Positions 16,701-24,663 of a stretch of 34,519 bases of DNA are shown piece after piece. Source of the DNA: Alphaproteobacteria bacterium. GTDB taxonomy: Bacteria > Pseudomonadota > Alphaproteobacteria > UBA2136 > UBA6156. The notes below the pieces were generated by a model. The model saw only the letters and a list, made by a program, of their open reading frames with translations, did not search any database and was not told the origin of the DNA. Numbering within the stretch: the stretch's first letter is position 1; every line of letters starts with the position of its first letter. The DNA is taken from positions 1-34,519 of the forward strand of contig JAIXZU010000057.1 in assembly GCA_027489415.1 (NCBI GenBank), read 5' to 3'. The translations under genes were made by a program, and so were the position numbers.

Positions 16701-16760
16701 CGTCGCAACAGCCATAAACCAGCCCTTCTTTTTCTTAGCGTCACTCGCCTTCGCAAGCAT
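13719..16760 (-). CDS. hybrid sensor histidine kinase (2 TM, helical periplasmic sensor, PAS, HisKA, HATPase_c, REC, REC, Hpt)
   Basis: H-box MSHEIRTPLNG; N/G boxes NLISNAIKFT, DTGIGI, GGTGLGL; REC1 VLVVDDNP...VIDHDMPEMSG...YLVKP; REC2 VLVAEDDMVN...LMDMQMPEMDG...YMTKP; Hpt AAHRLKGASGAMG. An alternative start lies at 16715. Confidence 0.92.
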   Translation of the reverse strand: MLAKASDAKKKKGWFMAVATSGGLPLKTLWVLLLTGKALIMLMVWQAWVGVQQMEEANIRQERMLEMKGHVLYHAEQVKNRAQHYTRTVQPMWLERYEAAKQELADDVAAITRMAPEELAVLGNDIMAKRAKLAEIEEQSFALARQNAVQEGLSLLNGMEYLAVSEASTRDLDQLSAKLTVLNEAIEEEWRQGIIWRSCMVAVVLVLLGAVWVFCLRLLVGWRRRLLAEVDQRVKAESQLSAQGHILHEIIEHLPMGLFVKNVRENYRWDMWNKKAEELFGLRAENVLGTSDFAHFPEHEAAFFRQTDERVMREGKVIEIDEEEVTTPARGTWLAHTIKVPIYDEDGKPSLLLGLIEDITARKQQADAKLQAYATELEVKNSELEASRSQAEAADRAKTQFLATMSHEIRTPLNGVLGTADLLSRTVLSGQQDDYVRTIRKSGETLLYVINDILDLTKLEANQLGLETIAFDFSRTIEDVIDIHSANASQKELELLLRYAPGTPERIYGDPGRLRQILNNLISNAIKFTETGHILVSVEEEAAPQVEGHTCLKIAVQDTGIGIDQSNLQSIFERFTQAEASTTRKYGGTGLGLAICKQLVELMGGQIGIESEQGRGSTFWFTLPTTVDMTPVQPLEIADLTGKQVLVVDDNPVNVSILEELLAYWGASARSFASGEEVLNWLSGPEAVPFDIAVIDHDMPEMSGGDLGENLRYHPLTATMPMMVFSSRGMRGDATYFQDKGFNGYLVKPSRPEEVRTMLAALLAQPEQERILTRHTIQEQGNFDPDAPMAFSMNVLVAEDDMVNQKVVRQMLEELGCEVSVAASGKVAVDVFKMGKFDLVLMDMQMPEMDGPEAAELMRTWEAENAAERTPIVALTANAMAEHRTRCLAAGMDDYMTKPLNRAKLVAQLNVWNKQGAVVADTGPAPMSDEMRAELHSTFVQSAKECMDELEAAAMFDDTERWSRAAHRLKGASGAMGFMVLHGLCAKAEKNTDNRDKDEMFAEIAAELVIVNG

Positions 16761-16845
16761 TTGGGGAACATCTTACCGCGAAGCCCGCTCCGCACAAGCC
16801 ACTCATTCAGCAGGATAATTGTCCAACAATCCGACCACCCAGCCC

Positions 16846-17724
16846 CTATCCAGCATAATAGCGGTCAAGGCAGTCATTCAGCTTCTGGCGGCTGAAGGGT
16901 TTCACCACATAGCCCTTCACCCCCTGTTGCAAGGCGGTCTTAACCTGCTCCTGCGCCGCCCCACTGGTCAGCATCACCGCATGGGCACTCTTGTCATGCG
17001 TTGCAATCAGCTCAAGAACATCTAAACCACTGATATCCGGCAATTTAATATCCAAAAACACAATATGCGGCGGCTTCCGGATGTATGCCTCAATCGCCTC
17101 TTTGCCCGTTGCGGCGAAACTCAGCGTATGCCCACTCTCCGCCATCAAGGTGTTGAGCAACTGCCGGATCGTCGGCTCATCATCGACGAACAGCAAATTG
17201 AGCTTGGCAGGCTTGGCCACCCGCCCCGCAATCATCCCGCTCGCCGCCTTCAACTCGGCAGCAAGGCGCCGCAGTAACGCCTCGCGCTCGGCCGCCTGCA
17301 CTTTTTCGGTCATGGCGGCGGTGCGGCTGTACATGTCGCGGCAGGCGGTCATAAAGGCGTCCCAGTCCACACTCAAATCGTAGCTGCGGCACTCCCAGTC
17401 ACTGGGGGGAATCGCCAGCTCCGCCAGCAAGGCTTGCAACGCCATGCTCACACGCTGGTAGGCGGCGTTGCTCAGGGTTTCACCGAGCACGATCACATCA
17501 CCGGAGGGCAACAGCAGCAGCCATACTTTATCTTCTTCAGTCGCCAGGGCTTTTAGCAGGCGGTCGCGCATCAGCGCCATCAGGGTGGTGTCTTGGGCCC
17601 AGCGCGGCAGCTCGGCACCACGCCATGCAACAGTTACCGCACACCAGTACAGGCGGGAATTTTTCAGGAAGCGCAACCGCTGTTGGAATTCAATGCTTGC
17701 ATCGGGGCCGGTATGAAAGTGCAT
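16846..17724 (-). CDS. response regulator: ~165-aa N-terminal domain of unknown type plus a C-terminal REC domain
   Basis: REC motifs at the C-terminus (LLFVDDEP, VFLDIKLPDISG, VMLTS, YVVKP). The N-terminal half has no motif I recognise. It lies 85 nt upstream of the hybrid kinase with no visible terminator between them. Confidence 0.85.
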   Translation of the reverse strand: MHFHTGPDASIEFQQRLRFLKNSRLYWCAVTVAWRGAELPRWAQDTTLMALMRDRLLKALATEEDKVWLLLLPSGDVIVLGETLSNAAYQRVSMALQALLAELAIPPSDWECRSYDLSVDWDAFMTACRDMYSRTAAMTEKVQAAEREALLRRLAAELKAASGMIAGRVAKPAKLNLLFVDDEPTIRQLLNTLMAESGHTLSFAATGKEAIEAYIRKPPHIVFLDIKLPDISGLDVLELIATHDKSAHAVMLTSGAAQEQVKTALQQGVKGYVVKPFSRQKLNDCLDRYYAG

Positions 17725-17854
17725 GATAATCTCTTGTTATGGAACAGGACATTCTTAGCACCGCTATAGGGCACTGGCCACTCCCCTCCCCCGCAATGCC
17801 GGAAGCACCGTTGCCGAAAATCGCCGCCGCAGGGCGTGCGCCCCCACCGGAATC

Positions 17855-18184
17855 TTATTCGCCCGCGTCCTCGTACTCACCCCGCACCGGGTTTTTAATG
17901 TTCCGATAAATGACATTCAGCCCGTTATGCGCCAGCTGCTGGTAGCGGCTGGCATCCAGCTCCTCGCCCCCTCTGGTCAGGTAACGGATGTACGACTCAA
18001 CCTCCATCAACTTCCCGCGCAGGTAATCCTCGTTTTCAATCCCTTCATTCACAACAAAGCTCTCAATCCGGCCGAGAAACTGCGCCACATCTTCCATCAC
18101 CTCGTTATGGGTGGGGCGTCCGCCGTGGGCCAGCTCATCCACCAGCCGCTGCAGCTCTTCAATGCTGTGTAGTACAAATTCCAT
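17855..18184 (-). CDS. hypothetical small helical acidic protein (109 aa)
   Basis: Preferred start is ATG 18184 (MEFVLHSIEELQRLVDEL), with GAGGGAA upstream. The longer ORF to 18256 would run through the upstream terminator. Confidence 0.55.
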   Translation of the reverse strand: MEFVLHSIEELQRLVDELAHGGRPTHNEVMEDVAQFLGRIESFVVNEGIENEDYLRGKLMEVESYIRYLTRGGEELDASRYQQLAHNGLNVIYRNIKNPVRGEYEDAGE

Positions 18185-18233
18185 GGCTTCCCTCATACGG
18201 CACCACCTCGCGTTCGCAAAGGATATTCTGCAT

Positions 18234-18270
18234 GAAAAAACCGGCCTTCCCCACAAGGGGGAAGGCCGGC
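18234..18270 (-). terminator. rho-independent terminator after the 864-aa gene
   Basis: Minus strand: CCGGCCTTCCCC-TTGT-GGGGAAGGCCGG followed by TTTTTT. Confidence 0.9.
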
Positions 18271-18282
18271 TTCAGTCGCATA

Positions 18283-20877
18283 TCAGGCGCACAGCACCCG
18301 CATCACTTCGGCAAGGCGCCGTCGCTGTTCGTCCTCCGGCAGGGCGGAAAGGTGTTCCGCCAGCAGGCGGTTCACCAGTTTCACCATGTCGTCGGTCACA
18401 CTGCTCCGGGCCTGTACCTCCGTCACCGCCACCACGGGGGCAACGGCAACCTCGGCTTGGGCCGGAACCTGAACCTCAGGCTCGGCGTCCACCATGGTCT
18501 CGGCGGCTTCTTCAACCTCGGGCTCGGCCACCTGTTGCACAGGCAGCTTCACCTCCGGTTGCCGGTCGGCATCATCCTCGGCCACGCCGTCCACCACCTC
18601 GTCGGCAGCGGCGTCGGCTTGCGCCTCGGTCGCGTCCTCCTCGGTGGCATCAGGTTCAGCTGCGGCAGAGGAATCCTCCACCGTCACCTCCTCATCTGCC
18701 GTCACAGCGTCAGCCGTCACCTCGGGCTCAGCCGGCGGGGCCAGCGGCGGTTCCTGCGAATCCACAGTCTCCGTCGTCTCCGTTGCCTTGGCTTTCGGTG
18801 TGCCAAGCGCCTTCAGGGTGGTGAAGAAAACGTCAGGCGTCATCTTCAGCACTTGCATCAGAACGCTCAGTCTGGCCTCATCCCAGAAGGACTTTCCTGC
18901 CAGAATATTTCTGCCAGTTCCCGGGTGGTTGGCATGGCCAAGGTTAACCAAGGCCACACCATAGGTTTGGATGGTGTGCCCTGCTTGGTTCAGCATCTCC
19001 ATCACCAGCGAATTGAACGTTACGCGGTTATTGGTGGCAAAGGTCACCAACGTTTCCATCATAATGCTCTCTTCGGTCGGCAACGTATCCTGCACCGCAG
19101 GGTTAACCTCCGGCTGAGCCTGAGCTTGGGCCGGCTGCTCCTGTGTCGCCACAGTTTCCGTCGTCACCTTGGCCGCATCCAGCTGCACGCCGCCATCTGC
19201 CAATGCCTCGTAAAACGCCTTCGGCGTCACCTTCAGCATCGCCAGCATGGTACGTACCCGCAGCTTGTCCCAGTAGGAATTCCCCGCCATCAAATTGTTG
19301 GCGGTATTCTCCTTCTGGGCTGCCCCGGCCCTCACCAGCTCACGGCCGAACGCCAGCACAGCCAGGCCCTGCTTAACGAACAACTGTTTTACCAGCTTGT
19401 TGAACACCTCGCGGTTGCTGTCGGCATACTCCGCCAGCAGCTCCAGCAGGTCACCCTGCATCGGCGGCAACTCGGCCTTGCCCTCGGGCGCCACGCCGGC
19501 CGGAGCCTTCGTCGCATCCTCAGGCGCATCCTCAAGCGCAGGCCCCGTTGCCGGAACCTCCGCCGCCGTCACCACGTCCGCCTTGTCAGGCGTCGCCGTC
19601 ACGGGGGCATTCGCTGTCACCGGTGTCAGGTTCGGCTGGGCCACCGTCACCGCAGGTTGCGGCTTCAGCAAGTCCGGCACGGTTTTCGCAAACCGCACGG
19701 TCTTCGGCACCATCCCGTCTTCAAACAGGTAGCGCTCGGCCAGTTCATGGTCGGGCACGCGGCCGTTCCACTGGGCAATCACCTTGGCCAGTCCACGGCG
19801 GGAAAGGCTGGTATTGCCCAGCAGAATCACTTCCGCATGGCGCAAATCCGTTGCCTCCCCTCCCAAAATACTCATCAGCGTGTCCGCTGCGCGTATCTCG
19901 GGTGCCAGCAACACCAGGACGGACGCCAGCCGTTTGGCCACGGCATGGTCGCCGTGAACAAAAAAGCGTGGCACCACCGGCATTCCCGGCCGGAGCGGCG
20001 TCCCGATCAGGTCCTGCGTCCCCTTGAACAGGAAACCCTCCGTCAACCCCAGTGCCAGCTTCAATTGGCTGCGCTCGGGTGCCGAAAAAATCTCCCGTTG
20101 GCAGGTGCGGTCATAGAGCTTCGGCACATTCGCCTCAAACTCCATATCCTTCCAGTTCGGCTGATACCGGCCACAATAGGCCTGCAAAGCCTCCAGAATA
20201 AGGTCATTTTCGCTGCGTTTGGTCACGGTTGCCTCCGTTACAATTTCAGGGGAAAGCTCAGTCTTCGGCTCATCGCCACGCAATAGGCCCAGTACACTGG
20301 GCACTGCCATGCCTTTGGCCGCACAGGCTTTCAGCAGGGCTTGCAGGGGCCACAGCCCCAGCGGCTTCTCACCGGCCAGTATTTCCAGGGCGTCCTCTTC
20401 GGTCGCCACGGCCTTCGGGCACAGTGTCATCAGCAGGTCTTCCGCCGTTACCGGCTCGGGGCAGCGCCGCAGCAATTCATGTAAACGCAGGGCCACATCA
20501 GCGTCCCCTTTCACGAAAAACCGCGGGCAGATAGGCTCCCCGAGGCCGATAGTCCGGCCGAACATGTCTTCCTGCCCTTCCCACAACGCGTCGGAAAACG
20601 GCATAACCAGCCGGATCTTCTCACGCTGTTTGTCATTGAAGGCCGCAAAGCCATTCAAAATACCGGCAGTCACATCAAACCCGACCCTCTGGCTTATCTC
20701 CCTGCGGTAAGCAGGGCTGTCACCAATATGCGCCCGGATAAACGCCTTGAGGCGTATCTGGCGCGGGTCACGCGGCCCCACCGGCAATTTCCGGTAGTCA
20801 AAGCCTTCACCCTTACGGGCTAAACCCGCATTCTCATGCGCCAAGTCACTGATATCCCCATCACCAATCTCCGGCAT
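18283..20877 (-). CDS. large modular protein: duplicated HTH-like modules (2 large + 2 small) joined by Ala/Pro/Thr/Val/Glu linkers, with a highly acidic C-terminal region
   Basis: 864 aa with GAGGAGAG Shine-Dalgarno upstream and its own terminator. Internal repeats: aa ~39-200 vs ~223-384 (shared PRFFV.GD..VA.RL...L, ILxG) and aa ~476-560 vs ~606-690 (NLMAGNSYWDKLRVRTMLAMLKVTPKAFYEAL vs NILAGKSFWDEARLSVLMQVLKMTPDVFFTTL). The + strand 684-aa ORF is an antisense artefact (His/Arg/Leu/Gly-rich). Confidence 0.8.
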   Translation of the reverse strand: MPEIGDGDISDLAHENAGLARKGEGFDYRKLPVGPRDPRQIRLKAFIRAHIGDSPAYRREISQRVGFDVTAGILNGFAAFNDKQREKIRLVMPFSDALWEGQEDMFGRTIGLGEPICPRFFVKGDADVALRLHELLRRCPEPVTAEDLLMTLCPKAVATEEDALEILAGEKPLGLWPLQALLKACAAKGMAVPSVLGLLRGDEPKTELSPEIVTEATVTKRSENDLILEALQAYCGRYQPNWKDMEFEANVPKLYDRTCQREIFSAPERSQLKLALGLTEGFLFKGTQDLIGTPLRPGMPVVPRFFVHGDHAVAKRLASVLVLLAPEIRAADTLMSILGGEATDLRHAEVILLGNTSLSRRGLAKVIAQWNGRVPDHELAERYLFEDGMVPKTVRFAKTVPDLLKPQPAVTVAQPNLTPVTANAPVTATPDKADVVTAAEVPATGPALEDAPEDATKAPAGVAPEGKAELPPMQGDLLELLAEYADSNREVFNKLVKQLFVKQGLAVLAFGRELVRAGAAQKENTANNLMAGNSYWDKLRVRTMLAMLKVTPKAFYEALADGGVQLDAAKVTTETVATQEQPAQAQAQPEVNPAVQDTLPTEESIMMETLVTFATNNRVTFNSLVMEMLNQAGHTIQTYGVALVNLGHANHPGTGRNILAGKSFWDEARLSVLMQVLKMTPDVFFTTLKALGTPKAKATETTETVDSQEPPLAPPAEPEVTADAVTADEEVTVEDSSAAAEPDATEEDATEAQADAAADEVVDGVAEDDADRQPEVKLPVQQVAEPEVEEAAETMVDAEPEVQVPAQAEVAVAPVVAVTEVQARSSVTDDMVKLVNRLLAEHLSALPEDEQRRRLAEVMRVLCA

Positions 20878-21151
20878 GGTTCTCTCCTCAGGTTACATCC
20901 GCCACCCACAGGGCACGGATACATCGAAACGGTTTAAAAAATGAAACCACACTATGTATACAACAAAACCCCCGTATCTTCAAGTCCTCTCCACAAAAAG
21001 AAACCCCCTTCAAGCTGGGAGGGCCATTCACCTCCCGCCCATGTTCCTTACATCTTCCCATCAGGGAAAGTAAAAATCGGCTCCCACAGCCAATGTGCCA
21101 CGGTCATTGTCCATGGTTGACCACATACTTTCCATCACGTCTCTAAAACCA

Positions 21152-21177
21152 CAAAAAAGCGCCGTCACGGCGCTTTT
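21152..21177 (-). terminator. rho-independent terminator after the lipoprotein gene
   Basis: Minus strand: AAAAGCGCCG-TGAC-GGCGCTTTT followed by TTG. Confidence 0.85.
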
Positions 21178-21187
21178 CAGGGGTTAC

Positions 21188-21781
21188 CTAGAAACCAGGC
21201 TTGGGGATGATCCCGGACAGGTTCTGCATCGGCCCGAGCGGGGTTTTTTGGCTCTCACTGCTGGCTATCTCGGGTGTACCGTTCCACAGTTTATACACCA
21301 CCTTGCCATCCACTAAAACCAGCGTCGCCTGAAACTCCCAACCAGAGATATCTGTATGTTTTCTAAAGCCAAATAGGTCAGCCGGTATGTTTCCACCACG
21401 CTTATTCTTGATACTTCTCACCCCAACAACATAAGCCACACAACTATCCTGCGCTGTCACACACGTTTTCACGCCAATCGGCAGGTCTTCCGGACGGAAG
21501 GCGGAGCCAAAAAGGTTAGCAACATCAACGTAGTTCAGGATGCGCACGTTCGCATTGCCATCCGGCGTAAAACCCTTATGTTTCAAGTCGTTTTCCGTTG
21601 TCTGGTCAAGCACCACGTTGTTAAAGGCTTTATGTGCCTCATCGTAGCTGGACCATTTACTCTTCGTATTGGTCGTAGCACTCGGTAAAACAGCGCAGCT
21701 GCTCAAAATTGTCATCGCAGCAAGGGCACTCAGCCAAATTTTATTGCTGCGGGTCAGGGTGCGGGTATGTGTGTGTGTCAT
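21188..21781 (-). CDS. lipoprotein of unknown function
   Basis: 197 aa with a lipobox (AAMTILSSC). This stretch looks lower in GC than the flanks. Confidence 0.7.
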   Translation of the reverse strand: MTHTHTRTLTRSNKIWLSALAAMTILSSCAVLPSATTNTKSKWSSYDEAHKAFNNVVLDQTTENDLKHKGFTPDGNANVRILNYVDVANLFGSAFRPEDLPIGVKTCVTAQDSCVAYVVGVRSIKNKRGGNIPADLFGFRKHTDISGWEFQATLVLVDGKVVYKLWNGTPEIASSESQKTPLGPMQNLSGIIPKPGF

Positions 21782-22028
21782 GGTTAGGTTCCTTCATATC
21801 CTTATAGAGGCCCACACCATGCTGCAACGCGATATTTACCTGTAATATCAGCAACTTTATCCAAATTAAAACACTAAATATCTGGACTCATTCACTTGCT
21901 GCACCGCGAGACAACATGTCAAACATTTCCTAACACCCCTCACACCTGCGTTTCATCATGCAGCGCAACACCTTTGTGAGGGTGACATTATGCCTGACAT
22001 CCCCCTTATTCACTGCTACAAATAACCC

Positions 22029-22763
22029 ATGAAAACACCTGCCCTGCCGAAAAAACTCCAACTCATCGCCTTTGATCTCGACGGCACTCTCGCCGACACC
22101 GAATCTCTCTCACTCCCCTCAGCCGTCACCACATTGCGGGACCATTTTGGGGTCCCCATCACATTGGAGTACTGGTACGAGAACCTCCACGGTCTTGCCG
22201 GACAACCCTTAATGACAGCAATAGAACAACAATTCGGTAAAACTTTAAATCTTAATGATTATTTAACACGCCGCGCCGCAATGGTTCCCACCATGTTTGC
22301 CCAAGGCGTAAACCCGGCTCCCGGTATGCTGCAAGCGGTCAAAAATCTGGTTATTCAGGGCCAGCAACTCTGCATCTGCTCAAACAGCCAGCCGGAACGC
22401 ATCCAGCTCACACTTACCCATATAACCGGCCAACATAGTGCGGGCATGAACTTACCATCCATGTTTGATGGCCATATATTTTCAGCCACAGGCAACGATG
22501 GACTTGGTAAAGCCAAACCAGCGCCGGACGTCTATCTACAAGCCGCAGCCTTCTACCGCGCCAAACCAAAGTACAGCATCGCAGTTGAGGACACCCCTGT
22601 AGGCGTCACAGCAGCCGTCGCCGCAGGCTTCACCTGCCTCGCCTACACTGGCCTCAACCGCCACCCTGAAAAGGATGCAGAAGCACTGTTAGCTGCAGGC
22701 GCGCACGCCACCTTTGTTCATTGGGATGATTTCCTGCCCTTACTATCCACCTTGAAAATCTGA
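22029..22763 (+). CDS. HAD-IA family hydrolase (phosphatase / beta-phosphoglucomutase-like)
   Basis: Motif I FDLDGTLADTE, motif II CSNS, motif III GKAKPAPDVY, motif IV VEDTPVG. Confidence 0.85.
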   Translation: MKTPALPKKLQLIAFDLDGTLADTESLSLPSAVTTLRDHFGVPITLEYWYENLHGLAGQPLMTAIEQQFGKTLNLNDYLTRRAAMVPTMFAQGVNPAPGMLQAVKNLVIQGQQLCICSNSQPERIQLTLTHITGQHSAGMNLPSMFDGHIFSATGNDGLGKAKPAPDVYLQAAAFYRAKPKYSIAVEDTPVGVTAAVAAGFTCLAYTGLNRHPEKDAEALLAAGAHATFVHWDDFLPLLSTLKI

Positions 22764-22826
22764 CTTGACGCCCCGCCCATCATCAGCGATAAGCCGTGGT
22801 GTTGAAACCGCATTGCGCGTTTCTTC

Positions 22827-22901
22827 GGGTGATTAGCTCAGTGGTAGAGCACTACATTGACATTGTAGGGGTCACAAGTTCGAACCTTGTATCGCCCACC
22901 A
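22827..22901 (+). tRNA. tRNA-Val (anticodon GAC)
   Basis: Acceptor GGGTGAT/ATCGCCC, D stem GCTC/GAGC, anticodon stem CTACA/TGTAG with loop TTGACAT, T stem ACAAG/CTTGT with loop TTCGAAC, encoded CCA. Confidence 0.93.
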
Positions 22902-22906
22902 GTTTC

Positions 22907-22934
22907 AAAAAAGCAGCCCAAAGGCTGCTTTTTT
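22907..22934. terminator. bidirectional rho-independent terminator
   Basis: aaaaaagcagcc-caaa-ggctgctttttt, between tRNA-Val (+) and the lipid kinase gene (-). Confidence 0.85.
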
Positions 22935-22946
22935 AAGTTCAAACAC

Positions 22947-23858
22947 CTATTTCTGAACAAACACCCGCACAGCTTTCGGCCGCACCTTAAACAATGCCGG
23001 TGTCTGCGTCACAATCTCACCGTCCGCATTAACAGGCATGGGCTTTCGCGTTCTCAGCTCAAATTCAGCCACTCTCAATCCCCTCACAGTAGGCCACGCC
23101 GCATGTGTGCCATTCCGTAATAATGGCAACATTGCGGGAAGCTCCAGCCAGTGGTTTACTTCAAGGCTGTAAACATCCAGCATCATGTCATCAGGCCGTG
23201 CATCGGCAGCAACTTTCATCCCTCCACCATAATAGTGGCCATTACCAACAGCCACTTGCACGGTACGCACATAATCCTCTTTACCATCATAAGCCAGCGT
23301 TGCCCGAAAAGGCTTATTACGCCATAGCACCTTAATCGCCGTGAGGGCATAGCCCAACACGCCCCATTTACGTTTAGCTTCGCGCGTCAGGTTCTGCGCT
23401 AAATCGGCACTAAAGCCTACACTGGCCACATTAAAGAACGGGAAACCATTCACGTCTCCTAGGTCAATGATTCGCGTATGCCCGCGTGCAATCACTTCCG
23501 CCGCTGCAGCAATATCTGTCGGTAAACCCAGTGTACGGGCCATGTCATTCGCCGTACCCATGGGGATGATCCCCAACGGAAGATCATGGGCAATCAAACC
23601 GCGCGCTGCGGCATTAAGTGTACCATCCCCCCCTCCTATTACCACTCGGTCAACTTCACTGTGGTATTGGTCAATGACAGCACTGGCGTCCTGTCCCTTG
23701 CGCAGCTGCACTAGCTTACACTGAATGCCATAGGCACTGAGCACATCTTCCACAATATCGGCATCACGTCCTCCGTGGCGGGCCCGTCCGTTGATAATCA
23801 CCAGCGCCACTTTTCGCAGGGGGTGTTGGGAACGTTTCATAGGGCTGCGGGCTTTCAT
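22947..23858 (-). CDS. YegS/BmrU-type lipid kinase (diacylglycerol kinase catalytic domain)
   Basis: 303 aa with VIINGRARHGG, VVIGGGDGTLNAAARGL and GIIPMGTANDMARTLGLP. Confidence 0.88.
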   Translation of the reverse strand: MKARSPMKRSQHPLRKVALVIINGRARHGGRDADIVEDVLSAYGIQCKLVQLRKGQDASAVIDQYHSEVDRVVIGGGDGTLNAAARGLIAHDLPLGIIPMGTANDMARTLGLPTDIAAAAEVIARGHTRIIDLGDVNGFPFFNVASVGFSADLAQNLTREAKRKWGVLGYALTAIKVLWRNKPFRATLAYDGKEDYVRTVQVAVGNGHYYGGGMKVAADARPDDMMLDVYSLEVNHWLELPAMLPLLRNGTHAAWPTVRGLRVAEFELRTRKPMPVNADGEIVTQTPALFKVRPKAVRVFVQK

Positions 23859-23985
23859 CTACTAGTAACGGTTTATACACCGCTGCGTTCCAGCCGCAAA
23901 CGATAATCAAATAACCGTTCTGCACTTGCTCAAGGGACCACATATCGCTAAGCTGACTACAAATCATTACAGGGGGAAAAACAAC

Positions 23986-24612
23986 ATGATGAATCTCACG
24001 ACTTTCACAACAGCCTGCACGCTCGCGGTAACTCTTATGGCCTCATCCGCAACCTATGCGGATGCCACACCCTACAAACTTGGTAGCACCATCCCCGAGA
24101 GCCTCACCCTCACCGATCAAAACGGTAAAGTCCGCACCATGTCGGAATTTCGGGGAAAACCTGTTGTACTGGAATGGACCAACCCCGGCTGTCCCTTCGT
24201 CAAGAAACATTACTCAGGCGGTAACATGCAAAGCTTGCAAGCTTCTACCTCAGCAAAAGGTGTGGCTTGGATAACCGTCAACAGTAGTGCGCCCGGCAAA
24301 CAAGGCTACTTGGACCCTAAAACAGCGTCTGCTGAAGTGGCCAAGACCGGTTTCAAGGGCACCTTCACGGCGCTGGATTCCGACGGCCGCCTCGGTAAAG
24401 CCTTCGGAGCTGAAACCACTCCCCACATGTACGTGTTGGATGCCACCGGCAAACTTGTCTACATGGGCGCCATCGACAGCATTCCCAGCTTTGCAGCGGA
24501 GGACATTGCCAAAGCCGAAAACTATGTTACCAAAGCCGTGAATGAGGTCCTCACCGGCAAGCCCGTCAGCAACCCGCAAACCAAGGCCTACGGTTGCAGC
24601 GTCAAATACTAG
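23986..24612 (+). CDS. periplasmic thioredoxin-fold (redoxin-like) protein
   Basis: Signal peptide MMNLTTFTTACTLAVTLMASSATYA. Motif GKPVVLEWTNPGCPFVKKHY. AGGGGGA Shine-Dalgarno before ATG 23986. Confidence 0.75.
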   Translation: MMNLTTFTTACTLAVTLMASSATYADATPYKLGSTIPESLTLTDQNGKVRTMSEFRGKPVVLEWTNPGCPFVKKHYSGGNMQSLQASTSAKGVAWITVNSSAPGKQGYLDPKTASAEVAKTGFKGTFTALDSDGRLGKAFGAETTPHMYVLDATGKLVYMGAIDSIPSFAAEDIAKAENYVTKAVNEVLTGKPVSNPQTKAYGCSVKY

Positions 24613-24624
24613 GTGCTTCTACAA

Positions 24625-24648
24625 AAAAGCCCCTGCCGGGGCTTTTTT
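24625..24648 (+). terminator. rho-independent terminator
   Basis: aaaagcccc-tgcc-ggggctttt followed by ttg. Confidence 0.85.
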
Positions 24649-24663
24649 GGGTACTATAGCCTC

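Noticed and set aside
18232-20286. 684-aa + strand ORF antisense to the 864-aa gene
   Set aside because: Its composition is implausible (runs of H, R, L, G). The minus-strand frame has a normal composition, internal domain repeats, a Shine-Dalgarno and a terminator.
20971-20978. cccgtatc 8-mer as a candidate right-hand att copy of the tRNA-Gly 3' end
   Set aside because: An 8-nt match is expected about once by chance in 34.5 kb on two strands, and the flanking bases do not extend the match.
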